This document shows, piece by piece, positions 25,719 through 42,907 of a stretch of DNA of 64,000 nt. Location: the NCBI GenBank assembly GCA_050613775.1, contig JBODTK010000115.1:372001-436000 (forward strand). The letters are read 5' to 3'. Numbering within the stretch: position 1 is the stretch's first letter; each line of letters starts with the position of its first letter. The position numbers were made by a program, and so were the translations under genes. This DNA is from Neocallimastix sp. 'constans'. Taxonomy: Eukaryota. Under the pieces are notes generated by a model. It did no database searches. It saw only the letters and a program-made list of their open reading frames with translations, and was not told where the DNA came from.

Positions 25719-27585
25719 ATGGTAGAGTCAATAAAAAAGAAAAAAAAGAGTTCAAAAAAATATAAATCAAAAGAAAAAGTGGAAGAAGAAGAAACAATTG
25801 AAATTGATACAGAAATTTCAAATCCAAAAGATTTACAAAATATAGAAGACAATTCTTTACTTCAAGATGTAGTTACAGACAGTAATAATAATGATAATAG
25901 TAAAAAGAAAAAAGGTAAAAAGAAAAAAGATGAAAATAAAAAAAAAAATAAAGATGTTGAAATTTTAAAGGAAAATGATAGAAATTTGAAATCCAGTAAT
26001 AAAAAAAAGAGAAAACATTCGTTGCTAGAGGAATCTAAAGAAAAAAAAAATAAAGAAGGTCGAAATACTGGAAAAAATATAAAGAAAAGAAAGAAATTTA
26101 TTTCAGAAGAAATAGTAGAAGATGAGAATGAGGATGAGGAAGTAGAAAATGAAATTGAAGAAAATGAGGAAAATGAAGAAAATGAAGAAAATGAAGAAAA
26201 TGAAGAAAACGAAATTGAAGAAGATGAAGAGGTAAAAGTTAATAAATTAAGAAAAGTAATTAAAAATATTAAAGCCTTGAATTCACAAAAAGAACTTGAT
26301 GAATTCACAGATATCGGAAAAGAAGACGAAATGGACCTTGAAGATGATATTGATAATGAAAGTTCAATAGGGGAAGAAAATGAATTAGTAAGAGAAGGAT
26401 TTAAAGTCAAAGATTGGGAAAATATGACCAATGAAGAATTTAATGAAAAGATAAAATCTTTACCAAGAAAGAAATTTAAAGTAGTATATACCAATTATTT
26501 ATTATCATTAAAACCAGTATTATTTCAACTTTCAAGTCAATATCTATCCGATACAAATCATCTCTTAGGTTTAGTACAGAAATATAAAAATTCTAAAACT
26601 TCACTGGCAACAAAATTTAACAAGTAATTTTTTTTTTTTTTTTTTAAATATAATTATTATTTTTTAATTAAAATTTTAAGATTTTATAAAATAAAAAATA
26701 AAAAATAAAATAAAATAAAATAAAATAAAATAAAAATGTGTCAAATATATATTAAATAATATAAATATTTATATTATTATAATTATAATTTTTATTATTA
26801 ATAATGATAAAAAGATTTTCAGCATGGCCTATACCACTTTCAGAACAAATGCCAATACCGTATAGAAGTTATGATATATTTACTTCAGAAGAAAATAATG
26901 TAATTATAGTATAATTATTATTATTATTATTTATATTATAAATATATTATATATATATTTCTATTTCTATTTAAATTATTACTAAAATTAATAATAAATA
27001 ACGTATATGATAATTAAACACTAAACCCAACCAACCCAAAAACAACAATAAAAAATTCTTAAATATTTTTAAATTATATATATATAAATTAGAGAGATGA
27101 AGAGATTTTATATAAGAAAGTACTTGATAATGATATATATTTTTCTGATTTATTACAAGAAGAAACAAAAGCTTACATTAATGAATACTGGAAAAAAATT
27201 CATCATCAGGAAAGATATGAATATGAAGAATTAAAAAAATTTGAAGAAAAAGAGAAAGCTCAACAAAATAAAAATGTTAATGATAATACTATTATTATTA
27301 ATGATGAGAATGAAAAAGGGGAAAACGACGAAAATAAATTTTCATTACTATCGGAAGAAAAAGTATCAATAATTCAAATCGCATGTTTAAATAAATTAAA
27401 AAAAGTAATAGATGATATGATTACTGAACAATCATTTATAATTCGTTATAGGTAACTATTTACTGGATATTAAATATAAATCATTTTATTATTCACATAT
27501 ATATACATATATATATATAAATGTATATATCTTTATATTACAAATATATATATAGTCATTATTAATTCCTTATTTATTTTTTTAA

Positions 27586-27617
<32 letters not shown>

Positions 27618-28446
27618 TTATTACTATTATTATTTTAATTGATTTTAAATTATAAATATACATATAAATATTTAGAAAAGGTTTACCTGATGTTATTGGT
27701 ATAAATAATGCAGGTAATATTCTAGTTCATGCTTTAAATTCAGGAATACCACTTAGGTTAGTATAATATAATAGAATATAAAAATTCCATACAATAATAC
27801 AATAATAATTATTATTATTTATATTTTTTTTTTGTTTTTAAAAAAAAAATAAATAAAATAAAATTTTAAATGAATAAAATTTAATAATATAAATAAATAT
27901 TATGTATATATATACTTTTTTTTTTTTTTTTTATTTTTTTTTATTTTATTTTTCTTTAATTTCTTTATTAGTATTATAAGAAGTACTTTTGATCGTATAT
28001 CAGATTTAATTGAAGAAGATCGTGGTAATCATAACATATATAAGAAACTAGCAGAATTTTTAAAAGGATTAGAAAGAAAACAAGAAAAAGAAAAGCAAAA
28101 TGTATTAAATAAAAATGCTAAAGCTAATAATAAAAAAAATCATGAAGATGATGATGATGAAGAGGATAGTGAAGAAGAAGATGAAGAAAAAAATGATGAA
28201 GAAGATGAAGATGATGAAGATGATATGGATAATGAAATTTCAAAACCTAGTGAAAAAGGAAAAGAGAATGATATTGGGAATGATATTGAGAATGAATGTC
28301 AGAATGATCTTAATGATCTTAAAGAATTAGCAGGAAAATATACCTTACTTAAATATGGAAATTCATTAAAACAAATAAAAATTAAGAAAAAATTAATGGA
28401 CAATATAAAAAACAAGAATGTATTAAATTTATATACTTTTAAATAA
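25719..28446 (+). CDS. K/E-rich protein, probable Rrn9-like RNA polymerase I initiation factor (about 5 exons)
   Basis: Spliced reading gives FSAWPIP, DLLQEETKAY, LNKLKKVID and NILVHALNSGIPLSIIRSTFDRISDLIEE, which resemble blocks of fungal Rrn9-domain proteins as I recall them. The gene model is firmer than the product call. Confidence 0.5.
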
Positions 28447-28703
28447 ATCAATTCAATAATTTATTAATAATTTAAGGGCGGGATCATCTATTATTTAAAC
28501 TATTATTAAATAATTTAATAATAATATTAAGTATTTTCATATCTTAATATATTTATTTATTTATTTATTTTTAATTTATTTATTTATTATTAATAATATT
28601 ATTATTTCTCATTTTATTTTATTTATCTTTCAACTTATATTTCGTTAATGAATTTCTTAATATATATAATTAGAAGTTACATTTATGAATATTTTATATA
28701 TAA

Positions 28704-28741
<38 letters not shown>

Positions 28742-29683
28742 AATAATATCAAATTAAATAAAAGTGTATTATATCCTATAAAAATAAAATAAAATAATAC
28801 AGTGTTGTAGCATTATTTGTTAGTATTTTTGTAAATAAAGAATTTTAATATTTAAAAAATTTAATTGAGTTAATTTTTTCTACAATAAAAAAAAAAAAAA
28901 AAAGAAAAAAAAAAGGAAAAAAAAATTTTTTTTTTTTTTTTTTTTTTAAAATTATAAATGTTGATTGAATTGTAGAAAAAAAAATAAAAAGTGTGATACT
29001 GCGCATAATAATATATATTATAAAAAAAAAAAAAAAACCAGAAAAAAACTCTTTGTACGTTTATCCATATTAAAATATGAATAATTTAAAATAAAAATAG
29101 TAGTTAATGTTAAATGAGTTGAGTGTTTTCTCATTATAATGTAAATGTAAAGTTTTTTGTATTATTTAAAGAGGATTACTAGAATAACTAGAAATAAATA
29201 AATAAATAAATAGAAAAAAAAAATTTTTTTTTTTTAATATTAACTTTTAAAAAATAAATTTAAAAGTTTATCAAATATAAAGTTGTAAAATATTTGAAAA
29301 ATTATTTAATAAATAAATTAAATTAATAATAAACCATAAACAAATTAAAAAAAAAAAAAAAAAAAAAAAAGAAAAAAAAGAACCAAAGTTTAATAGTTTT
29401 ATTCGAAAAACAAATTTTACTGAAAGAATTAAACATAATTATTCAATAGTATAATTTACATAAATATAATTTTTTTATTTTTAAAAAAATATGAAAAATC
29501 AATAATAACAATAGTAATAATAAATAAAAAAAAAAAAAAAAAAAAAAAGAAGTAGATATAATTAGATTTTTCTTTTTAATAAAACAAATATATTTAATCT
29601 TAAATTAGTTAAAAAAAAAAATTACATGTTTATATTAAAATTAAATATATTAATAAATTAATATATTTAAATTATTTATAAAA

Positions 29684-31104
29684 ATGCCACCAAAAGCAAG
29701 TAAAAAACCAAGTAGTGGTGGGAGTAAGAAGAGTGATGTTCCAAAAACAAAAGGTAAAGGCGGTAAAGGTAAAGGTAAAGGTAAAGGAAAAGGAAAAGGA
29801 AAGAAGAAGTCAGCCTCTAAAAAGGCAGAAATTCCTGAAACTGATGTTGTTAAAGTACCAGAAATTACTTATTTTGAAGAATTAATAAATACTGGTAACC
29901 CAGAAACAATTAAAAAAGCAAAAAGAATAAAAGAAGGTAAAAAAAATATTAAAATAATAATATATATATAATAGACTCTGTTATAATTATATATATATAT
30001 TTTATTTAATATATTAAATAATATTTTGAATGCTACAAATTGTCTAAATATATATGCTATATTTTAATAGTTTTTACTCTTTTTTTTTTTTTTTTTTTTT
30101 TAATTATTATTTTAGTATAGAAAGATGTATTATTTTTATAGAATTAATTAATATATAATTATATATTCAAACTAGATATATTCATATAATTGATATAATT
30201 AAAACTTTTATCTTTTTATCAATTATATATATATATATATATTAAAATTTAGCATTTAGTTTATTTGACCCTTCTCAAAATGAAACATGTGATGGTACTA
30301 AATAATAATAATTTATAATAAAGAAATAAAAGAATTCTTTTATTAATTCAATGTTTTTTATTTTTATTTTTATTTTATGATTGTTAATAATTTATAATTA
30401 CTGCTATAAATTAAAGAGAGAGAAGTAGGAACTATAATAAGATCACTAGGTATATATCCTAATGAAGCAAAATTACAAGAATTAATAACAGAGGTTAATA
30501 TATAGTAAATATATATATTATGTGTATATATATATATATAAGTATATTATTATTATATTTTAATGAAACAATAATTATTAATATATATATATATATTAAT
30601 ATAAAAATGAACCAATTCATATACATTTAATAGATGAAAGATGAAAGTCAACCAGGTATTATTAATTTCAATAAATTTTTGAAAGCAATATTTAAAATAT
30701 ATCAATTTCAATATATTCCAGCAGATGATAATAAACTATGGAGAGTTTTTCAAGTAATACTTAGATTTATATTAAAAAAAAAAAATTAATAAAATAAAAA
30801 AAGATATATATATACATATATAATTTATGTTAATTAATTCTTCTAATAATTAAAAAAAAAAATCTTTTTTTTTTTTTTTTCTACTTATTTAGGTTCTTGA
30901 TCCTGAAAATAAAGGTTTCTTAACAAAAGAGGAACTTTTAAATTTCCTTACATCTGATGGGGAACCATTTAATGAAGAAGGTATATTATTTTTAAAATTT
31001 ACTATTGTCTATTGTATGATATATTTATTATAATATATATACAAATTATTTATTAATAAAAGATTTATTTTTGAATAAATGATTTCAATTTGAATAACAT
31101 AACT

Positions 31105-31154
<50 letters not shown>

Positions 31155-31460
31155 CTGTATAAAATAATTAAATATTAAAAAAATTTTATGATATTAAATT
31201 AGAATTAGAATCAATTAAAACTTCATATGTAAATGAAGAAGACCAATTTATATATTCAGGTATTTTATATATATACATATGTATATTATAAATTGATTGA
31301 TATATATTCAAAATTTAATTATGTAATAATTAACTTTTTATTATTATTATTATTATTTCTTCGCTTCAATAAAAAAAAAAAAAAAAAAAAAAAAAAATAA
31401 AATAAAATAAAAGAATATATTAAAGATATATCAAAACTAAGAAAAAAGTTTTATCTATAA
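29684..31460 (+). CDS. DRC8: EF-hand protein DRC8/EFCAB2 (flagellar nexin-dynein regulatory complex), 7 exons
   Basis: Spliced IKEAFSLFD...REVGTIIRSLGIYPNE...FQVLDPENKGFLTKEELLNFLTSDGEPFNEEE matches the EFCAB2 pattern (REIGTIIRSLG; GFLTKDEL...EGEPFSQEE). N-terminal (GK)n extension. Confidence 0.82.
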
Positions 31461-31844
31461 ATTATTTATACGAAATGTAATTTATATAGAATATAAATAA
31501 CACTTTACAAGTGTTGTAAATTAATATAAAATATATATACTTTTATTATAAAAAATTAAACATATAAATATCTATAGAAAACAATTTAATTATTTAATTA
31601 TTTCCTTTATATTGATCATAATTAATTAAAAAATAATTAAAATACAAAAAAGTTAATAATTTTATAGTACAGATTTATTAAATACTCCTATTATACGAAC
31701 TTTTAAAAAAAATATTTTTATTATTATTATCTTAATTCAAATATAAATAATATTAGAAATTATAATAAAAATTGCTCAAAAATGTTATCTGTATTCTTTT
31801 CTATATAAATAAATGAATTATTCTATTAAATATAAAAATAACAA

Positions 31845-31995
31845 ATAATAATACAAAGAGTATTTATTAATAAATAATAATAATACAAAGAGTATTTATT
31901 AATAAATAATAATAATACAAAGAGTATTTATTAATAAATAATAATAATACGAAGAGTATTTATTAATAAATAATAACATAAAGTGTATTTATTAA
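31845..31995. repeat. 32-bp minisatellite, about 4.5 copies
   Basis: The C(A/G)AAGAG core starts at 31854, 31886, 31918 and 31950 (period 32), followed by one diverged unit. Confidence 0.85.
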
Positions 31996-32809
31996 TAATA
32001 AATAATAAATAATAAATAATAAATAATAATACAAATAATAAATAACAATAAACTCTTAATTATTATCAATGTAGATTAATTTTTTTCTTCGATAAATCTG
32101 TAATAATAAATAAATAAAATATGTTTTTTAGAATCTTTAAATAATATTTCTCCCTTTTTTTTGACTTTTCTTTTTTATTATAATTCATTATAATTATATT
32201 TAAATTATTATCATTATTTTTTTATTTTATTATCATTATATTTTATTATTATTATTATTATTATTATTTTTTTAAATATATATATATATATATATTTTAA
32301 TTTGATTTGATTTTATATTATATTATCATAAGGTTCTCTAAGAAAAAGCATATAAATATATAAATTAATTTAAAAAGTATATTTTTTTTGAAATTTTATG
32401 GAAATGAATACTAATATTATTAGAAAGGATTATTAAATTAACTTTGTATAATGATTAACCATTAAAATTGGGTAAATTTCATAAATTTATTACTAACCTT
32501 AGTTATATTGTAGATTCATTTTATGTCTCATCCTTTTTAAATCTTAATATATGAAGATAAAAGCATATATACAATAAAAATAAATGTAAAAGAATAAAAG
32601 AGAGGTATTAATCAATAATATTAATAATTTAATTTTTTTTTTATTTTCATATCTGTATTAACATTATTTATTTATAAAAAAAAAAAAGAAAAGAAAATAG
32701 GAAAAAAAAAAAAAAAAAAAAAGAAATTAAAAAAAAAAAAAATTTTAAAAAAAGTGGAAAAAATATCTTTTAATAAATATAAATTAATTAAAATCATATT
32801 ATTAATTAT

Positions 32810-32852
<43 letters not shown>

Positions 32853-33483
32853 AGTAGGATTAAATTTTATGAGAATTTTAAATTAATTTTTTTTTTAAAC
32901 TTTTTTATTATTGATAAATCATTATTTAAACTATTTTATTAATTAATCTATTTAATTAATATATAAATTAAAAAAAAAGCCAAGTAGATTATAAAAATTT
33001 TCATATTTTTTCTTTACTTCAAAAATATAAAAATATAGGCTACAAACGAAGATTATAAATTTAAGTAAAATATAAAGAAATAATTATATATAAATAAAAT
33101 AATAGAAATATTTTATTTAATTATATTATTTTTTTTTATATTACCGAAATATTATTAAAAATAATTATTTATATTGGGTAATATATCAAATATTAATTAT
33201 ATAATTATGTAATGATAATAAAAATAAATATTTTTTTTTTTTTTTATTTTTTAAATTATAAATAATAAATATTAATTCAACGTAATCAATAATTATTAAA
33301 ATAAAATTATTTAAAATAACTTAATATAAACAAAAATTAAAATTAATACTTAAATATATACATATTATATATAAAAATTAAAAGAGAAAATTTAAGAATA
33401 AAAGATTTACAAAAAAAAAAAAAAATAACATTTTAATAAAAAAAATAAAATAAAAATTAAAAATTAGAAATTAATACACCAGA

Positions 33484-34405
33484 ATGATTAATTGGAGTTC
33501 AATTCAACTTACAATTGATGACCATATTAATATTTTGTTGGATAGATTAAAAAAGGAAGATTTTCTTGATGGTTTTATTGTTCCAAAAATAAAAGATTAC
33601 TTTATTTATATTTTTTCATTTTTTGCTTTCTTTTCAATTGTATATCTCTCATTAGACACAATTTTCAAAAAAATCTGGAAGAATAAACATTATCTTAAAT
33701 TAAGTAATTATGGAAGAGCTGATTGGAATTCAAGAATTGTTGCCTTTACTCATGCCATTATTATTTCACCATTTTGTGTTTCATTAGTTTGTAAATATGG
33801 TTTTCCATGGAATAAAACTGAAAATGATTATAATGAACAAGAAATTGATTTATATTATAAAGCTATATCAATCTCTCTTGGGTAATTTTAATTTTAATAT
33901 ATTTTAATATATTTTAAATAAATAACTAAATAACTAAATAACTAAATAACTAAATAAAAAATAAAAATAAAATATCTTTTTTTTATTTAATATATAATCC
34001 ATAATTTTGTTTTAACTATATGACATATATATAAATATATTTAAAATAAAAATAATAAAAAATTTTTTGAAAAATATATTTATAATTTTTTTTAATATAT
34101 ATGTAAAAACTTGAAATTTATATTTAGATATTTCTTGTGGGATATCTTTTACAGTATAAGTGATTATAAGAAAGGAGGAATTGGTTTTATTATTCATGGA
34201 ATTTGTGCCTTTATAATTTATATATTTACATTTGTAAGTCACAGTAATAAATATATAATAATATAAAACTACTAGTATAATTTTTTAATATTTTAATTTT
34301 TATTAATCTATTAAATTTTAATAAAATTGTATACATATAAACAAAAAGAAAAACCACGTTCTCGGTCATTATTCTATGATATATTTAAATTATGAAATTA
34401 GTGTA

Positions 34406-34480
<75 letters not shown>

Positions 34481-34720
34481 AAAATATATATTTATATATA
34501 TATTTTCAAAAACAATAAAATCTAAAAATTTTCTAATTAAACTATTTTTGCTTATTATATAAAAATAAATAGACTATCTTTTTAAACATTTACTGGACCT
34601 TAGATAAATTAGAGTTAAGTGGATCTGCTCTACAAATGGTTGTTGCTGTTCTTTTAATGATTACTTTCTTTTCAGTTAGAGTTGCCTTTGGAACTATTAC
34701 TCTTTCAAGACTATTATGTA

Positions 34721-34756
<36 letters not shown>

Positions 34757-35175
34757 AATTAGTTTGTAAAAAAATTTTTTTTACTAATATTATAATTTTT
34801 TTTTTTTAAATTATGATATAAAAAGATGATATCATTTTCCAGCGTAGAGTTTGTTCAGTTTATCTTTGTTTATATTTCTTTATCAATATTTTAGTTATGC
34901 AAGCCTTAAACTTTTACTGGTTCTATATAATGATTCAATGTAAATTTAATTATTTTAATATTTATAATGATTTAAATTAAAATTGTTAATTATAATCGTC
35001 TTTATATATATATATATATTTATTATCTTATTAATATATATGTTTTTTTATTATTATTATAAAATTTTTAGCTGTAACAAAGGATTCTGACACTCCAAGT
35101 GAACCAAAGAAAGATATACCAATCAAGCCAAGACAAGCTTCAAAAGGAAAAAAATCAACTAAAAAGACAAATTAA
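33484..35175 (+). CDS. TLC-domain (TMEM56/TLCD4-like) ER membrane protein, 6 exons
   Basis: WNSRIVAFTHAII, SLGYFLWD, GFIIHG, YEISTIFLN, FFSVR and LNFYWF, with a C-terminal KKTN ER-retrieval-type motif. Confidence 0.88.
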
Positions 35176-35968
35176 TTAACCATCAATAATAATAATAATA
35201 AAGTGAATAAAAAGGGAATTAAAGCAAATTAAATTTAAAGCAAAAAAAATATAAATATTTTTTTTCTTTAATTTTTTTTTCTACTATTTCTATATCGTAA
35301 TTATTGTTAACTTTAAAAACGATAATTAATGTATATAATCTTTTTATTCTACCTTTTAATTTTATGTAATTAATATTAACATATCATTTATAATAATGTA
35401 AAAAAATAAAAATAAAAATAAAAATAAAAATAAAAATAAAAATAAAAATAAAAATAAAAAAAAAAAAATAAAAAAAAAAATAAAAATAAAAATAAAAATA
35501 AAAAATAAAAAATAAAAAATAAAAATTACATATAAAAATTATATTTAAAAATAAAAATTAATAATTAATAATTAAAACAATAAACCAAAAAACAAAAAAC
35601 AAAACAAAACAAAACAAAAAAATAAAAATAAAAAAAAATTTTATTAATATAATATATATATAAAATTAATTTATTATTATTATTATTATTATTATTTAAT
35701 TTTATCTTTAGTAGAATTATACATTAAATCTAAATAAATATATTTTATTATTATTATATATATTAAAATTTTATTGTATTTTCTTTTAGAAATTAAAATC
35801 AAAAGAGAAGAAATTCACATCTTATTAATCTAAATTTAATAATATTTATTTTCAAATGAAATTTTGAAAAAAAAAAAAAAAAAAAAGGAAATAATATAAA
35901 AGAAATAAATAAAATAAATAAAGGTAATAATTAAAATAAAAAAAATATTAATAATTATATAACAATAA

Positions 35969-36099
<131 letters not shown>

Positions 36100-36618
36100 T
36101 ATTTTAATTATTAGTTTTAATTTTTAAAATTTTCCTTAAAAAAAAAACAAAAAAAAAAAAAAAAAACGGGTTTTACAGTATATTAAAATATATATATTAT
36201 TTAAAAGTAAGAGATTAATTAATAAAAATAATAAAGCTCTTTTTTATTTTTTTATTTTTCTATTTTATTATTATTATGTAAGATTAAGAATAAAAAATAA
36301 AAATAAAAATAACAATTTTTCAATTATAATAGGAATTACAATTACAATAGATGAGGAAAAATAGCAATATTATATTTTCATTTTAAGAAGTTAATATTTT
36401 CCTTAACATTTAAAGGAGTAATTACAGTAAATAAAATAATAAGTTTATTTAATATTAATAAATCATGAAATTTCTTCAATTGAAAAATGATTATTAGTTT
36501 AAAAAGTAATAATAACAAATAAAAAACGAGCAGGATAAATTATATTAGGAAATTTTATATATATATAAATATATATTACAATTTATTTATTATTATTATC
36601 TTATAATCTATAGTACTG

Positions 36619-36671
<53 letters not shown>

Positions 36672-36801
36672 AAATTTGAAATATTTTATTATGATTAATA
36701 TATATATAAAAGATTTCTCCTTTTTTTATTTTAATTTTTATCATATTTATATATACTTATAATTTTAATTATATAATAAAAAGATTAATAAAATTTAAAA
36801 G

Positions 36802-39123
<2,322 letters not shown>

Positions 39124-39590
39124 ATTATTAAATTGATAAAATAATTAATAATCAATAATTATATATTAAAATATATTTTTATAAATATATTTTTGTTAAT
39201 TTTTTTTTTTATAAAACAATTTTTCTTTAATAAATTAAATATAAACATAGATATATATATTATTCTTTTTATTATTATTATTATAATTATTATATTTTAT
39301 TTCTATATTTATTTTTTTATTAATAATTATAATATTTAAATTAAAAAATATATATTTAAAAAGTTTTTTTTTTTTTCTTTTTTAAAAAAAATTAATTTTT
39401 ATTAGAATAATTATTTAAAAAATCAGTTAAAATATTTAAACATTTAAAAAAAAAATTTTTTCTTCTAAAAAATATAAAATAAAAAATAAAAAATAAAAAA
39501 CAAATAATAAATATAAAGGTTTATAAATTGTAATTTGTTTTTAATTTTTTTTTTACTATTTTAAAATATTAAAAATATTCTATTTTAAAC

Positions 39591-39651
<61 letters not shown>

Positions 39652-40879
39652 ATTAAAAGCTAAATAAATAAATAAAATAAAATAAAATAAAATATAAATT
39701 GGACATTAATATATAATAGACACTTATATAATATGAAATATATATATATATATATATTATAGAAAAGTTCACTTCTTTTTTTGTATTATTTTTGTTTTAA
39801 TAAATAAATAAAATAATCATAATAATAAATATGTATATGATTATATATTTACTAAAAAAAAAGAATTAAAATAAAAACTAATATTAATAAATATTTATGG
39901 AGAATCAACTTATATTTATATATATTTAGTAATTTGAAAATATTAATGTTTATATAGAAATATTAACATTTTTCATCTCATTTGTCAACTAATTAAATAA
40001 TTTATATAGGTTATTGTAAAATATCTTATTTAACTTTTAGTTATTAGTAATTCTTTTATATATATATATATTTTTTTTATTTTTAATTCCTAATTTTTAA
40101 ATATTAAATAAACTAAAACATTTATATCAAGTAATTTATTAAAATATATTTTATTTAATATATATTATTAAATATATATTATTTAATATATGGTTTTTTT
40201 AGTTATATTATTATAATATGGCTTGATACCTCTCGTGATATTTTATAACATGTATTTATAATATTTTTAAGTAATATTAATGGTTATCTATCTATTTAAT
40301 ATATTTTTATATATAATATGAGGCTTGTGTAAAATGATTACTAATGAGTAAAAGTGGTAAAGCTATTTCAAAAAAAAAAATTTTTTTTTGTTGTCCTAAA
40401 AAAAAAAATAAAAAATAAAAATTTAATTAAATTTTTTCAATTTCTTATTTAAATGGAAAAACATATTCTATTTTCTTTTTTTTTTTCAATTTTATAGTCA
40501 ATCGTTTAATAATATATATTTTTTAAAAATTGTAATTTTAATAATTTAATATTACATTAATTTATTGATTAATAAATATAAATATATATATATATATAAA
40601 AGAAACATATATATATATATTTGAAATTAGCTAAATTATTTTTTAATTATTTATATTGAAATTAATATATATAAAATAAAATAAAAATAAAATTTATTTT
40701 CCTTCTTTTATAATTTGAAAGCTTAATTTAAAAGTATACTTTATTTCCAATATATTTTAAATAGTATTATTTATATTATTAAACAAAAATAAATGTACAA
40801 ATATTTTAATTTATTTTTACTAATTATAATATTTTTACAAATATATTATTTATTAAGATTTGAGATATTTACTAGAAAA

Positions 40880-41398
40880 ATGGCAGCTCAACTAACTAGA
40901 AATTTTATCGAAGCTTTATATAGAAATGAATATCAAGATTTTGAAAATCCTGTTGTTCAAGTTTTAAATGTTAAAACTACTAAATCAAATACGCATAGGT
41001 AACGATAATATTCCAAAACTGTAATAATCTATATAAATATACATAAAAATTAAAATATAAAAATAAATTAATTGTCAAATGATTAATATGAATATAATAA
41101 TATGAATATAATTATAATTAATAGAGTTATCATTTCTGATGGTATATACTTTATGCAAAGTAAGTTTTTTTTTTTTTTTAAAATATATTTAAATTTGTTT
41201 AAATAGTTCAATGTATTAATTCTTATTTCTAATATATATATGTATATATATTTATAAATAGCTTTAATGTCTTCTCAACTTTTAGAACAATCAAGTAGAA
41301 TTAAAAAGAATACTTTAATCAAGATTAAAAAATGTATATCTAATAGAATTCAAAACAATAGGTAAATATTTATAAATATTTTATTATTATTATCATTA

Positions 41399-41431
<33 letters not shown>

Positions 41432-41799
41432 ATATTTTATTTAGAATTTATTTATATTAATTATTAAATTATATAAATATATATAAAAGTGTTGTTTCAA
41501 TTTTTGGTATTTTATTAGATTTCGACGTTTTACCATATGAAAACTTAGATAAGATTGGTAACCCAAAAAATATTCAAGAAGTTATTCCACCAAGTACAGT
41601 TAATGGTTATTCATCAAATAATCCAATCAGCAATAATAATAACAATACCGTTAATAATAATAACAACAATAGTAATAACGTTAAAAATAATAACTTCAAC
41701 AATAAAAACAATAATAATGGTAATAACATGAATAATAACCCTAATGTTAATATTTTTCCAATTAAAAGTTTAAGTCCATATCAAAACCGGTAAATTACA

Positions 41800-41867
<68 letters not shown>

Positions 41868-42870
41868 GTGTAATAATATAAATGTTGAATATTTTTTATT
41901 AATAAATAAATTATTAAATAATAATATTTATTTATTTATTTATTTAATATAAAAAGTTGGACTATTCGTGCCAAAGCCATCAATAAAAGTCCAATAAAGC
42001 AATGGAGTAATGCTCGTGGAACTGGAAAACTTTTTTCAGTTATTTTAATGGATGATTCAGTAATATATCATTTTTATTATTATAAACAAAATTATTATTC
42101 ATTTCATACATTAAATCATAAATAATATTTATTAAAACTAATATTTTTTTATATAATAAATCAATAGAGTGAAATTAAGGTTACTGCTTTTAATGAAGCT
42201 TGTGATAGGTTCCATGAAATTATTCAAGAAGGACAAGTAATTATTATTATTATCGTTTTAAATATGAAAATAAAAAACTGTTTAATAGATATATTAATTA
42301 AAATAAATAATAAATTAATAATAATATATTTTTTTTTTAATCCAAAGATGTACTACATTTCAGGTGGTTCTATTAGACTTGCTAATAAAAGATTCAATAG
42401 TTGTAATAATGAATATGAAATGACGCTTGATCAAAATTCAAATGTTACATTAGTAATTATCATTTCAAAATATTTAAATTTAAATATTTTTTTTGTTAAA
42501 AAAATTTTTTTTTAATAAAATTAATATATTATTATTATTATTATTATTAATTTGTTTTTATTTTTAAAATAAATAGTGTAATGATAATTCTGATGAACCA
42601 AAAATTCATTATTCCTTCATTCCACTTGATCAATTAATGAATATTGAAAAAGATTCAATCATTGGTAAACATAAATACTTTTATTTTCATAATATAATCA
42701 TAATTTAAAATTAAAATAATATTGATGATATTCATAGTAATAACAATAATTATATGACTATTATTATTATAATTCAATTTTTTAATTATTTATAATAAAG
42801 ATGTTATTGGTGTTGTCGATCAAGTAGGAGATATTGTTCAATTAATTTCAAAAACAACCAATAAACCAGT

Positions 42871-42907
<37 letters not shown>

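Noticed and set aside
25862..26494. Antisense ORFs (also 47491-47922, 15451-15654, 20728-20931 and 8142-8366)
   Set aside because: Shadow frames of real coding sequence on the opposite strand.
31845..31995. 32-bp repeats as a CRISPR-like array
   Set aside because: Head-to-tail units without unique spacers in a eukaryotic context; an ordinary minisatellite.
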